A stretch of 64,000 nt of DNA, taken from assembly GCA_044226015.1 (NCBI GenBank), contig JBGAHS010000001.1, positions 608,001-672,000 of the forward strand. Direction: 5' to 3'. Both the position numbers and the translations under genes were made by a program. Below the pieces are notes generated by a model. The model was given only the letters and a program-made list of their open reading frames with translations. It was not told the DNA's origin and searched no databases. This document shows positions 8,145 through 17,632 of the stretch, piece by piece (position 1 is the first letter of the stretch; each line of letters begins with the position of its first letter). This stretch comes from Candidatus Obscuribacteraceae bacterium. GTDB lineage: Bacteria > Cyanobacteriota > Vampirovibrionia > Obscuribacterales > Obscuribacteraceae.

Positions 8145-10742
8145 GTGAACTGGATGATTTCAGAAATGGCTATCAATGAACTTGCTGAAAAAGTTAGTGT
8201 TGAATCAAGCACTTCAGATACAAGGGCTAAGCTCAGTGAGAGTGCTTTTGATTTCGCGGTTCGTGACTCAGTGCAAAAATCCGAGCCTGCGGATAAGCAG
8301 AACACTTTTGACAACCCGTACTTTCACATCTCCCTGGCCACAAGCGCTATGCGCGAAATGCAGATATTAGCTGGGCGAAACCCCGAAGACAAAATAACTG
8401 TGCTTGATTCTGCAGGTAAGTCTACTGAGCAGGCTGTTCGTGAGCGAAGGGACGCCCTTAACTCGATAGCGGAGAAGGAATTTGCGTCTGCGGTAAGAGC
8501 CGCTGATATGGTTGCCAAAAACGAGGTTGAAAAATCGCTTGCAGTAATTGGCTTGAGATTGAAAGAAAGTGCTGATGAAGCTGAAAAGACTAAGTTAAAT
8601 GAACAGTACAGCGCATTATCAGCGTTGCGCCATGCACCAAGTGCGAGTCGCTTTGCGTTTGCTATGTATTTTGCTTCAAATTCTCAGTTGGATAAGGCTG
8701 CGGTTCTCATGGACGAAGCAGCTACTCTAGATCCAGAGGCTGCAAAAGATGCGCAGTTCAATTTTTTTCGTAAACAAGTCAGCGATGCTCTCTTGATGCA
8801 TCAGACTAAGCTGGTCGATAGCTCAGAATATATGTTACCTCTGTTGAATCTGCGAATTGCAAATGAGTTTCGTCAAAACGGTGACCTGGCGTCTGCCGAA
8901 AAATATTTGATTGATTCTATCAGTCGGGCTGATAAGTTGGACAAGCAGGTGATTGCTACTCAACTAAAGTCGCTTGATGAACTTTTGACAGACAATAAGC
9001 AGAATGCGGATGCACTGCAATCATACGGAGAACAAAAAGTCGCCTGGATGGCAGTTGCAAATTCGCCTGCTATTGCTCGAATGAACTACGCTGATCTTCT
9101 GCTTCAAGAAAAACGCTACAAAGATGCTGAATTGCAGCTAAACGAAGTTAAGACTCGTTTCCCCGAATTCGTGAAAGGGCAAAAACAATTTACGGATATG
9201 CTCGAACTTGCCAGGTCTGAGGGGAAATCTGCACCTGATACAAATCCATTCGCTCATTTGGAAGGGTTTCAAAAGGCACTAGAAAAAGGCGACATTGCTG
9301 CTGCTAGAAACGAATTGCTTGCAGCAAAAAAGGCAGCAGACTCTATCGACCGAGAATTGATGCAACACAACAAAAAGGTGATTCAGGATCAATTAGCACG
9401 TGAGACAAATTCTGAGAAAATTTCCCAGCTCAAACAAGTCTGGCAAATCTACGATGCTTTTGATCATGCTGCCGCATTCGCGCGTGTAACTCTGGGTAAA
9501 TTTGAGCTGGCGGCGAAAAACTACAATCTGGCAAGTGACAATCTAAAACAAGCTCGTAGCCTCGACCCTTCTTTCACAGCCAGACCAGAAATTGGCTTTG
9601 ACAAATTGCTTGAGTCTTCTAATGAACCATCGCTTTTTTCAAAAGTTTTGGATTTCACGAAGAACATGTTGAAGGAGTTAATGGCTGACGCCGCTGCGGT
9701 GGCTGCAGGTGCAGGGGCTGTTGTTCTCACTGGCTGGTCGGGACCAGCTGCAGTTGCCGCTGGTGCGGTTTCTGGGGCAGCTGTCTACACAGCAGTAAAG
9801 GCTTTGATGGGAGACGAGATTCACTGGTACACACCACTCTGGGGAGCTGTAGATGGCGCAAGTGGTGGATTGGGAATGCTAGCACGGCAGACCCTGGTGA
9901 ATGTTGGTGGAAAAATAGTAAGCCAGGAAGTCGCGCAGGCTGCTGTGCTTCGCACAGGAGGCTCCCTTTCGAGTCTTGTCGGGTTAGAGGGCGTTCAAAT
10001 GGCTGATGCGGCTAAAGAGCTGGCTTCTTCTGGTTTGAAGGCTATGGGTAAAGATATCGGATTTTGGTCCAGAATAGCTAGCTCTGTACCTTTTGTAGGC
10101 GCTGGAAATGCTGAATACAGGGCTGCGCTCTCAGCCTATCGTGCTTTGACGGTTACTGATGCTGCAGTTCACGCCGGAATTAATCTAGGCACAGCCGCTG
10201 CTATGTCAGCAAGCTATAGGGCTGCTCGCGAAGGTTACAGCTGGTATTCTGGTGAGCATGCTAACTTTGCTGAGTTCGCGAAAGCCTACGGAACAGCTGT
10301 TTTGCGAGATAGTGTTAGCGGAATGGTAATGGGTGGATTCTCAGATGGATACACTGATGGACTAGTTTTTACTGTCACCACTAATGGTGTCAAAGCTGCA
10401 TTCTCTAGTCCAGCAAATTCTATGGAATTTTTCAATAAATGGGCTACTGGCAGTTCGCAGGACCTTGCTTTTGGTACAGTGTCCTACTTGCTTGGCATGG
10501 GAGCACATGCGGGCGGTCGATGGATTAATCCAACTATTCCGGGTAACTTTCGCAATATATACAGCCCCAGTGTTCCCCTCTGGTCTCAAGCTTATTACAC
10601 CAGAGATTACATTCAAAGCACAGTGACACCGCTTGTAAATGAGATGCAACGCGTTCCAACAGTGCAGGAACTTGTTGGACGATATAAGACCTACCCAGGT
10701 CCTTATTTCTCATTTCCAACTGCAGCAGTACCAGTCGCTTAG
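8145..10742 (+). CDS. large hypothetical protein: three tandem TPR-like helical repeats plus Gly/Ala-rich hydrophobic C-terminal half
   Basis: 865-aa ORF (start may be ATG 8166); repeated AD..D....L...AR..(Y/F)A...A...DP units; AAAVAAGAGAVVLTGWSGPAAVAAGAVSGAAVY segment. Confidence 0.75.
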   Translation: MNWMISEMAINELAEKVSVESSTSDTRAKLSESAFDFAVRDSVQKSEPADKQNTFDNPYFHISLATSAMREMQILAGRNPEDKITVLDSAGKSTEQAVRERRDALNSIAEKEFASAVRAADMVAKNEVEKSLAVIGLRLKESADEAEKTKLNEQYSALSALRHAPSASRFAFAMYFASNSQLDKAAVLMDEAATLDPEAAKDAQFNFFRKQVSDALLMHQTKLVDSSEYMLPLLNLRIANEFRQNGDLASAEKYLIDSISRADKLDKQVIATQLKSLDELLTDNKQNADALQSYGEQKVAWMAVANSPAIARMNYADLLLQEKRYKDAELQLNEVKTRFPEFVKGQKQFTDMLELARSEGKSAPDTNPFAHLEGFQKALEKGDIAAARNELLAAKKAADSIDRELMQHNKKVIQDQLARETNSEKISQLKQVWQIYDAFDHAAAFARVTLGKFELAAKNYNLASDNLKQARSLDPSFTARPEIGFDKLLESSNEPSLFSKVLDFTKNMLKELMADAAAVAAGAGAVVLTGWSGPAAVAAGAVSGAAVYTAVKALMGDEIHWYTPLWGAVDGASGGLGMLARQTLVNVGGKIVSQEVAQAAVLRTGGSLSSLVGLEGVQMADAAKELASSGLKAMGKDIGFWSRIASSVPFVGAGNAEYRAALSAYRALTVTDAAVHAGINLGTAAAMSASYRAAREGYSWYSGEHANFAEFAKAYGTAVLRDSVSGMVMGGFSDGYTDGLVFTVTTNGVKAAFSSPANSMEFFNKWATGSSQDLAFGTVSYLLGMGAHAGGRWINPTIPGNFRNIYSPSVPLWSQAYYTRDYIQSTVTPLVNEMQRVPTVQELVGRYKTYPGPYFSFPTAAVPVA

Positions 10743-10834
10743 CTAAATGCCGGCGGCAATAGTAAAAGACAGCTGACCGCGAGGCAGAGTGTCTTTAGCT
10801 GTTAACTAGATTCGTTCAATTCAAAATTGCTAGC

Positions 10835-11476
10835 TTACTTCCAATTGATTGTTTTCATCGCGCGATCTGAGGCACCAATATACTTGCCGAATTTGTCTTT
10901 TGGCGCCTGGAAGAATAGTTCTTGCACTGCTGTACCAGTTCCGTCGGCATCGAGGAAAACGTGTTTTGCATCGTTTTGATTTGCGTTGTAACGTCCTTCA
11001 ACCACGAGCACCATTTTTCCGTTTAGTTCTTCGGTGTGAGCACCTTTAAGTGTGAAATCGGCAGACTTTGCTTTGTCTCTTACAATCTCTTGCAAGGATG
11101 CGTACTCTGCTCCGCTCAGCTGATGTGGTTCTTGATCGAGAGTGTTCTTAAACAATTCGCCAGCACTCTCTGAGGTGCGTCTGCCTCTGTAATAGAATCC
11201 TAACTGGCAATCTTCCTGCCCTGGTGGGTGAAACTCCTGATAAGTGCCAGAATGCAATCGCTTGCTGTAATCTGGACCAGCTTGCCACCCGCCGGGCATT
11301 TCCATGTGTTTTATTTGTCCATGCTCATTCAGTTCTTCTGTAGGAGGCTTTATACCGGACATCATTACTGACCTCATTACTGCATCAAGCAAAATTTGAT
11401 TTGTTGTCTCTTCCGCTTCGTTTGTCTGGTTGTTCTGCGGGTGATCTAGCTCTGCTCTGCTAAATTCATTTGCCAT
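10835..11476 (-). CDS. hypothetical protein, PsbP/Mog1/DcrB-like fold suspected; paralog of 14460..15095
   Basis: MPGGW, LNGKMVLVVEG, VQELFFQAP, TINWK shared with the paralog; ATG 11476 follows GGAG. Confidence 0.7.
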   Translation of the reverse strand: MANEFSRAELDHPQNNQTNEAEETTNQILLDAVMRSVMMSGIKPPTEELNEHGQIKHMEMPGGWQAGPDYSKRLHSGTYQEFHPPGQEDCQLGFYYRGRRTSESAGELFKNTLDQEPHQLSGAEYASLQEIVRDKAKSADFTLKGAHTEELNGKMVLVVEGRYNANQNDAKHVFLDADGTGTAVQELFFQAPKDKFGKYIGASDRAMKTINWK

Positions 11477-11516
11477 TGTTGTATTCTCCAACTTTATTGA
11501 TGCTAACTACGGAAAA

Positions 11517-14315
11517 TTAAGGGGTTGGTACCGGTGCTGGTGGCGTGGCCGGTGTCGGCGCCAATTTAGCAAGTACTGCATTTCGCCTGTCTTCTGGAAG
11601 GCTGAGAACCATGACATAGAGGCGTGCAGCGTAAGCTGCTGATTCTGCTGCGGTGTGGGTCTGGCTCGTAAAGTCTTGAGTCGTTTTCACAAGCAGTTCG
11701 TCGTATTTAGCATCTGTTATCATGCCAACTTTCGTTTCCATGGCCAGCATGTCTAGCATTTTTGTAGGGTTGTTTATGTTGTCGTGAATGAAATCCTTGA
11801 ATGGTTGCTGCCAGGCTGTATCAAAACCATCAGAAAGTGTTTTAACTCTGTTCATGAAAGCTTCTGCTTGTGCTGTCGTATGGCTTTGTGTTGTGTCTGT
11901 GAAGTAAGCCATGGTTTCCTCGGCGATAAAATTCACATACTCTTTTTGATCGATCATTCCGATATCTTTCATGTCTTTGTAAGCTTCAATTCGTTGATCA
12001 TGAGGCATCACAGCAACCATATCGTTCAGCTTGGTTCTGGCGTTGTTGTATTCATTTTGATCAAATGTGCCATCTGCCTTTTGCTGCTCCCAACGAGTGT
12101 GAGCAGAATCAAGAGTTTTCTTCAACTCAGTTTGGTACTCTGCATCGCCCATTCCATCATATTTATGCTTTAGGCGAAGTAGCTCCAACTCTTTTTGCGT
12201 ATCAACGGTGTTGTGAGCTCTATCCCAATCAACAACTTTTTGCAGTTCGAGAACTGTTGAATTCTCTACCTTGTCAGCCTGCCATGGCTTGTACCATGGG
12301 GCTTCTTCTGTCACCTCTGTGCGCGCCGGATTGCGAGACGCTCGATATAGGTCGCTGATATGGACGCCTTTATCGCTGAGGTGGTCAGCGCTAGAGCCCC
12401 ATTGATTATCGATTTTTACGCGACCTGTCGATTCATCATAGTCAGTGATTGTGACTACGTGTCCACCGCCAGAGCCACCTGCAGAGCCGTTGCCAGAATC
12501 ATGCAAGAACGGCTCTTGTCCTGTATGAACTCCAAGAACAATTGGCAATTTATGGTCAGCTTTAGCTTGTTTGATGTAGTCTTCCATTTCCTTCTGCGTT
12601 TCGAAGGTTTTGACTCCGGTCTTATCACCGTAGACCTCGCGCGAATGTTCGATCATGATCGTGTCAGAAGTGTTTGTGATCATATTGGGCACATCGACCA
12701 TAGCTCTGTCCGCAAGTTCTGGCGACTCGATTGGCTTGTTATTTTTCCAGTCACGAATGTGAGTCGGAGGGGTGGTGGAATTGTCCCATAGCTCTTCAGA
12801 GCTAGCCACTGGAGGAATAGTCCCCGGCTGTTCTACCGATTGTTTATATTCCAGTTGTCCAGCCGGAACTGTTCTCTTATTTCCTGCTGCATCTGTGTAT
12901 GTAAACGGTTGGGTTTGGTAATACAGATTCACCGCTGTGACCTGAAATATTTGGCTTGCATGGCTTCTATCACCATCATTTGGCGGGTTGCCTTTCGCTT
13001 CACCATCTGCTGCTGTCGGGTCAATTTTCACATGTACGCCACCGGGGGTGGTGTATTCTCCTGTGGTGGCCACATCAGTAACCAGCTTCATCGCATCGGA
13101 AGGATGTTTTGTGTATACCTGTACTTCTGAGGTCGTCATGTTGCAGGTCTCATGTTGACCCTGGTCTATTGAACTCGGGTTGGCCACTTGAGACATAGCT
13201 TGCTCAGCAATTGCGATTCGGTCTGCCTGCTTTAGTGGCGTGTCACCGCTTGCATTGAGCAAACGCTCTGCTTCTTTGTATGTCTTTATGATTTCCTCAG
13301 GGCTAAGAGGTGGGTCTTGTTTCTTTGCACGCTCTTCAAAGCGCAGCATGTCTGCCTCGAACTTAGCACGTTTTTCAGGGTCGTCTATTTTTGCAGCTGC
13401 TACTTCCATTAGCTTTTGGCGCTCTTCACCTACTTCAGGCGTGGCTGGAGGAACCTCTCTGGCAGGGGCGTCAGCGGAGTCCTTTAGCTTTATTTTTCCA
13501 TCTACTGTCTTGATCAACTCGAAGTCGTCACCGGGCCGAGGACCCCAATGTTGTTCGTCCGATCCACCTTTTCCATCAGGTGATGAAGCCCAGCCTCTGT
13601 TGTTCGGCTCTTCAATGATTACTGTACCGTCTGTGTAGGTAGTAGTCTTGACGTGGTCTTTGCTTTCAATGACCATGCCACCAATACCATCATGTCCTGG
13701 CAAAGCCAGCTCTTTGCCTGCAAGGTCTCCAGGATTTTTCGGGTCGAGCTTGTTAACTATGGCTATTTCTTTTTCGTATTCAGCAATCTGCTTTTGCGTT
13801 GCGCCTGCTGGCAGATTGTCTCGTGCGATGGAAGCAAGTGTATCGCCAGCTTGTGCAGTGTAGTTCTGGTAAGGATTTTCTACTTCGATGCCTTTGCCTG
13901 CATAGGGAGGTGCTTTCACCGTGATGTTTTCGGGATCCATCACAATTACATCGGCTCTTGGTTTGGCTTTGTCGCCCTTCGCTTCGGTCGACTCGCTTGC
14001 AGCTGTGCTGCTCTCCGCTTTCTGCGACTCGCCGGCGGCTTTAACTGATTCTGCGCTTTCGCCTTTAAATACCTTGGTAAATTCGTCCGCAACTTTTTTA
14101 CCGATGTTCTCCAGTTCTGTGAGAATTGGTTTTCCGAAACTTTCAGAAATGCCACTTCTGCCGCCGCCCTTCAAATATTCGGTCTGCTCTTTTTGTTTTT
14201 CGATAAGATCTGATTTGCCTGCACTGGCTTCTTTGTTGGCTTCAGAATCTTTGACTTTGCCTGAGCTTTGAGATTCTGCTGTTTCAATCTTGTTTTCTGG
14301 TTCACCAGGAGCCAT
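11517..14315 (-). CDS. LysM-domain protein with papain-fold cysteine peptidase domain and C-terminal SHOCT-like repeats
   Basis: YTAQAGDTLASIA...N.L....GKELALP (LysM); IDQGQHETC, GGHVVTITDYD and IDNQWG (Q/C...H...N-x-WG); repeated G(M/T)(I/F)..xEY motifs. Confidence 0.72.
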   Translation of the reverse strand: MAPGEPENKIETAESQSSGKVKDSEANKEASAGKSDLIEKQKEQTEYLKGGGRSGISESFGKPILTELENIGKKVADEFTKVFKGESAESVKAAGESQKAESSTAASESTEAKGDKAKPRADVIVMDPENITVKAPPYAGKGIEVENPYQNYTAQAGDTLASIARDNLPAGATQKQIAEYEKEIAIVNKLDPKNPGDLAGKELALPGHDGIGGMVIESKDHVKTTTYTDGTVIIEEPNNRGWASSPDGKGGSDEQHWGPRPGDDFELIKTVDGKIKLKDSADAPAREVPPATPEVGEERQKLMEVAAAKIDDPEKRAKFEADMLRFEERAKKQDPPLSPEEIIKTYKEAERLLNASGDTPLKQADRIAIAEQAMSQVANPSSIDQGQHETCNMTTSEVQVYTKHPSDAMKLVTDVATTGEYTTPGGVHVKIDPTAADGEAKGNPPNDGDRSHASQIFQVTAVNLYYQTQPFTYTDAAGNKRTVPAGQLEYKQSVEQPGTIPPVASSEELWDNSTTPPTHIRDWKNNKPIESPELADRAMVDVPNMITNTSDTIMIEHSREVYGDKTGVKTFETQKEMEDYIKQAKADHKLPIVLGVHTGQEPFLHDSGNGSAGGSGGGHVVTITDYDESTGRVKIDNQWGSSADHLSDKGVHISDLYRASRNPARTEVTEEAPWYKPWQADKVENSTVLELQKVVDWDRAHNTVDTQKELELLRLKHKYDGMGDAEYQTELKKTLDSAHTRWEQQKADGTFDQNEYNNARTKLNDMVAVMPHDQRIEAYKDMKDIGMIDQKEYVNFIAEETMAYFTDTTQSHTTAQAEAFMNRVKTLSDGFDTAWQQPFKDFIHDNINNPTKMLDMLAMETKVGMITDAKYDELLVKTTQDFTSQTHTAAESAAYAARLYVMVLSLPEDRRNAVLAKLAPTPATPPAPVPTP

Positions 14316-14459
14316 TCGCTATAACCTCATTATTTTGAAGAACGACCGCCGTCCTATAGATCGCTTATACGTCTGCGATCCCAAAATTAGGACTATTCTT
14401 TCTATGGATACCGAATAGCTGAGATTATATAGGGTTTCGGGGGCTGAAGCCTTAAATCG

Positions 14460-15095
14460 TCACTTCCAAGTGATTTTTTTGAACGCCTCTTCCACTTCGT
14501 TGAGATAGAGAGGATAAGAAGCCGTTGGCGCCTGATAGAAAAGTTCTTGCACAACTTCGCCTGAGCCTTCGGCATCAATAAATATAGCGTGCGCTGACTG
14601 CTTGATTTCTCGATAAGTACCTTCGACTAGCAAGACTGTTTTACCGTTCAAGTTAATGGTTTCGCTTTTCTTCAGCTCGAAGTCTTTGTCTTTCGCTTTG
14701 TCTCTAACGACTTCACCAAGTTGAAGAAACTCCTCCTGGCTTAATTTGTGAGGAGCCGCTTTCACTAAACTTTTGAAAGTCTTTCCTGCAGACGGCGAGA
14801 TTCTGTGTCCACGGAAATAAGTGCACACCTTAGCTTCTGGCGTCTTCTCATTATGGAACTCAACGAAATTTGCAGTAGCAGGAAGCGTATGTTTTTCAGG
14901 GCTCTGCACCCAGCCTGCAGGCATGTCTAGTCTCACAATCTGCCCCTGGTTAAGCATTGAGATTTTATCCTTCTGAGTGCCTGTCTTCTTTATTTGCTGC
15001 ATCAACTTATCAAGCTTTTCGTTGCTTTCCGATTTCATTTTACGAATTTCCGCTGGCTTGTTGTGTTCGACTGGTGGCACATCATTCGCACCCAT
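14460..15095 (-). CDS. hypothetical protein, PsbP/Mog1/DcrB-like fold suspected; paralog of 10835..11476
   Basis: MPAGW, RDKAK, LNGKTVLLVEG, VQELFYQAP, KITWK; ATG 15095 follows AGAGG (ORF track extends to 15134). Confidence 0.7.
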   Translation of the reverse strand: MGANDVPPVEHNKPAEIRKMKSESNEKLDKLMQQIKKTGTQKDKISMLNQGQIVRLDMPAGWVQSPEKHTLPATANFVEFHNEKTPEAKVCTYFRGHRISPSAGKTFKSLVKAAPHKLSQEEFLQLGEVVRDKAKDKDFELKKSETINLNGKTVLLVEGTYREIKQSAHAIFIDAEGSGEVVQELFYQAPTASYPLYLNEVEEAFKKITWK

Positions 15096-15306
15096 TGTTG
15101 AAGTCCTCTTTGTTTTGAAACTTGATAATAGCATGGACAGTAAAGGCTTCGATTTTAGTCGAAGTGGATTATGCGCTGCTTTCGCTTGCCCTGACTGGCT
15201 ATTGGAACTTGTTCACACTCCGTTCACCCAGTTTTTGTAACGTAGCAGGCGTCGGTGTATGGAAAAGCAATTTGTTTTGTTGACTTGTTAGTCTTGAAGA
15301 AAACTT

Positions 15307-15693
15307 ATGGAAAATGAGTTCAATCACCGGGCCAGAGTCTCAGGCATTCAAAGTAAGAATAGCGAAGTGAAGTCTGTGGCAAATCATATTGTGGAACTTG
15401 AAAGCATGATTGCTGAGTTAGAGCATTTGAGAATCGTGCAGGCTGATTTCAATTCTCTGGAAGTAGTTCTTGCAAAAACTAAGGTTCGGGAAACACTGCT
15501 GCGTACTTACGGAGCCGATTCTCCAGAGTACCTAGACAATCTCGGAGCTGAAATCTTCTCTCGTGAGTTCAGTCGTGTTGGGCTGACTCGAGAAGACGTG
15601 CAAGAAGCTTTTCTTGCTGCCTTGCCAGAAGCAATCGAAAAATATCGTAAGTTAATTAGACGCTGGAAAGCATCCGAAGGTCCTCTTAGCTGA
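15307..15693 (+). CDS. hypothetical helical protein
   Basis: 128-aa ATG ORF filling an intergenic gap, protein-like composition; no motif recognised. Confidence 0.5.
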   Translation: MENEFNHRARVSGIQSKNSEVKSVANHIVELESMIAELEHLRIVQADFNSLEVVLAKTKVRETLLRTYGADSPEYLDNLGAEIFSREFSRVGLTREDVQEAFLAALPEAIEKYRKLIRRWKASEGPLS

Positions 15694-15980
15694 GCATCAT
15701 TGGCGGTGCTTGCCCAGGACGTAGCCCGAGCGGGCACTCTGCCTGACTTGTAATGACCTGTTTTCATAACATCAAGTTATCTATAGTCAGTCATTCGACT
15801 AAATGGTTTATGTGTCGTCTCATATTGGGATCTTGTTCCTTCCATGGACTTTAGTCTGGAGCAAGACTTTAGTATGAAATCAGGTGCACTGCTGTGCCTT
15901 ATATCATCTATTTTGTCTGGGTTGGGAACCAATTACTCAGTCCTGAATCGTAACTCTATGTCTAGAGAGGAATAAGGGTT

Positions 15981-16499
15981 ATGTCGACGAAAGAACTTAG
16001 CAAGCAGGTAGCAGCGAAATGCTCTCGCTGTGGCTATTCCAATGAGGAATGTGAAGCAGGCACAAAAAAGAAGTCATCCATGGGAAAAACTTTTGATGAG
16101 CTCGCTAAAGCTGCAGCGGTAAATAGTGGACGACCAATCACTTTTATGGCTGCTTTAGCGGTTATTTTCCTTTGGGCAGTTACTGGACCTGTATTCAAGT
16201 TCAATGACACCTGGCAATTAGTGATAAATACAGGAACTACGATTATCACTTTCTTGATGGTGTTTTTGATTCAGAACAGCCAAAATCGTGATGGTTGCGC
16301 TGTGCAGATTAAGCTTGATGAGATCATTAGATCCCTAAATGGCGCAAAAAATGATCTTATTGATCTAGAAAACAAATCGGAGGAAGAGCTGGAGGAACTG
16401 CGCAGCGATTATCTTAAAATTGCGCATGAGGCTGGCGAGCAAATAGAGGACCTTCACGAAGAAGAACATCTGAAGCAAAATAGATCAGAGGCGGCCTAG
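15981..16499 (+). CDS. low-affinity iron permease family (Fet4-like) protein
   Basis: WAVTGPVFKFNDTWQLVINTGTTIITFLMVFLIQNSQNRD..AVQIKLDE signature. Confidence 0.9.
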   Translation: MSTKELSKQVAAKCSRCGYSNEECEAGTKKKSSMGKTFDELAKAAAVNSGRPITFMAALAVIFLWAVTGPVFKFNDTWQLVINTGTTIITFLMVFLIQNSQNRDGCAVQIKLDEIIRSLNGAKNDLIDLENKSEEELEELRSDYLKIAHEAGEQIEDLHEEEHLKQNRSEAA

Positions 16500-17593
16500 C
16501 TGAAACGATTTACCATTTTCATGCCGCGTAAAGTTTCTTCGGTGGCAAGCTCGATGCGAATTCGAGTAGCTTCTTCATTCTCATCTAGGTCAAGGTGAAC
16601 AGGGAAAAAGCCATCGCCCCAGCTTGTCATAAACCCGCAGCACTTGCTATCACCGAGATCCATAACACCAGATTCAGTTTCGCATACCGAAAGGGCTTTC
16701 AGCATTCGCCAGTGGTCTGAGTGTGGTCGGAAATCGGTTGCTGCGACAAGGTGGTGCAACTCTACGTGTTCTTGAACTTCCAGGGCAATTTTTGCGATTT
16801 TATCAATTGGCTGGTCTACAAATCCATAAATTGATCCGTCAACCTGTGGTGCCGAGAATTTATTTACTAGCCGCTGAGAGTCCTTTCCCCAGAATACGAA
16901 ATCAGCCAATCCATCAATGGTATCTTCGTGGTGCCAATGTGCTGCGCCTTCCACATCACAAAACATGAGGCGCGCCATGTCAACCGCCACGTGTCCGATG
17001 TATCGACTTGATTTCGTCTCAACATTGTCTTGCAACACGAGCATTATTTCTTTCCAGTGATCTTTCCATTGAGGGTCATCCATTCTCACCGCTTCAACTG
17101 TCAGCGGTTTGTTATTTGGGATGCCACCAACAGCGATAACGTGTATGCCGTGCAAGAATACTTCGCCGGCGCCTCTGCCATGATCAAGGCTATGGTTGAC
17201 CCTGGTTCGTGGCGGAACGCGCTGTGGAAGCTGCTTGAGTTTCGCTTGCAGTCCTGTCTCCTGCATTTTGCGCTGAAAGGCTTCTTTGATTTCTTCTATT
17301 CCATGCCTGGGAATGTCATAGAGGTAGAGTGGATGAGGTTGCCTGTCGAAGGCTCGTCCTGCCCTTTCTGCGTCTGGTCCTTCAATGACAAAATCGCAGC
17401 CTTCATTTGCTGATTGCAGCGCAGAGGGGCTCAATACTCCATTCATCACCAGCAGTGGTGGCTGGTCGTGAGTCCAGAGATCCATTAGTCCGAAATCAAT
17501 GAGCATGACGATGCCTGACGGCACCGTCACCTCTCCGAGTTTGAATTTATTCTCTTGTTGTGCAGATGACATGATTAGCTTGGTCTTCGACAA
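16496..17593 (-). CDS. hypothetical protein with internally duplicated domain; DUF4241-like C-terminus
   Basis: LGEVTVPSG..MLID / IGHVAVDMARLMFCD halves; C-terminal TSWGDGFFPVHLDLD motif. Confidence 0.6.
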   Translation of the reverse strand: MSKTKLIMSSAQQENKFKLGEVTVPSGIVMLIDFGLMDLWTHDQPPLLVMNGVLSPSALQSANEGCDFVIEGPDAERAGRAFDRQPHPLYLYDIPRHGIEEIKEAFQRKMQETGLQAKLKQLPQRVPPRTRVNHSLDHGRGAGEVFLHGIHVIAVGGIPNNKPLTVEAVRMDDPQWKDHWKEIMLVLQDNVETKSSRYIGHVAVDMARLMFCDVEGAAHWHHEDTIDGLADFVFWGKDSQRLVNKFSAPQVDGSIYGFVDQPIDKIAKIALEVQEHVELHHLVAATDFRPHSDHWRMLKALSVCETESGVMDLGDSKCCGFMTSWGDGFFPVHLDLDENEEATRIRIELATEETLRGMKMVNRFS

Positions 17594-17632
17594 GCTGCGC
17601 TCGCCATTCGCATGATAATTGCACCTTTTGAA

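Noticed and set aside
11784..14271. Series of plus-strand ORFs (70-143 aa) opposite the LysM protein
   Set aside because: Antisense shadows of a long coding gene with no recognisable motifs; the same applies to most short overlapping ORFs in the track
15925..15953. ECF/general-stress-type promoter GGAAC...CGTAA upstream of the iron permease gene
   Set aside because: Spacer is 19 nt, longer than the usual 16-17
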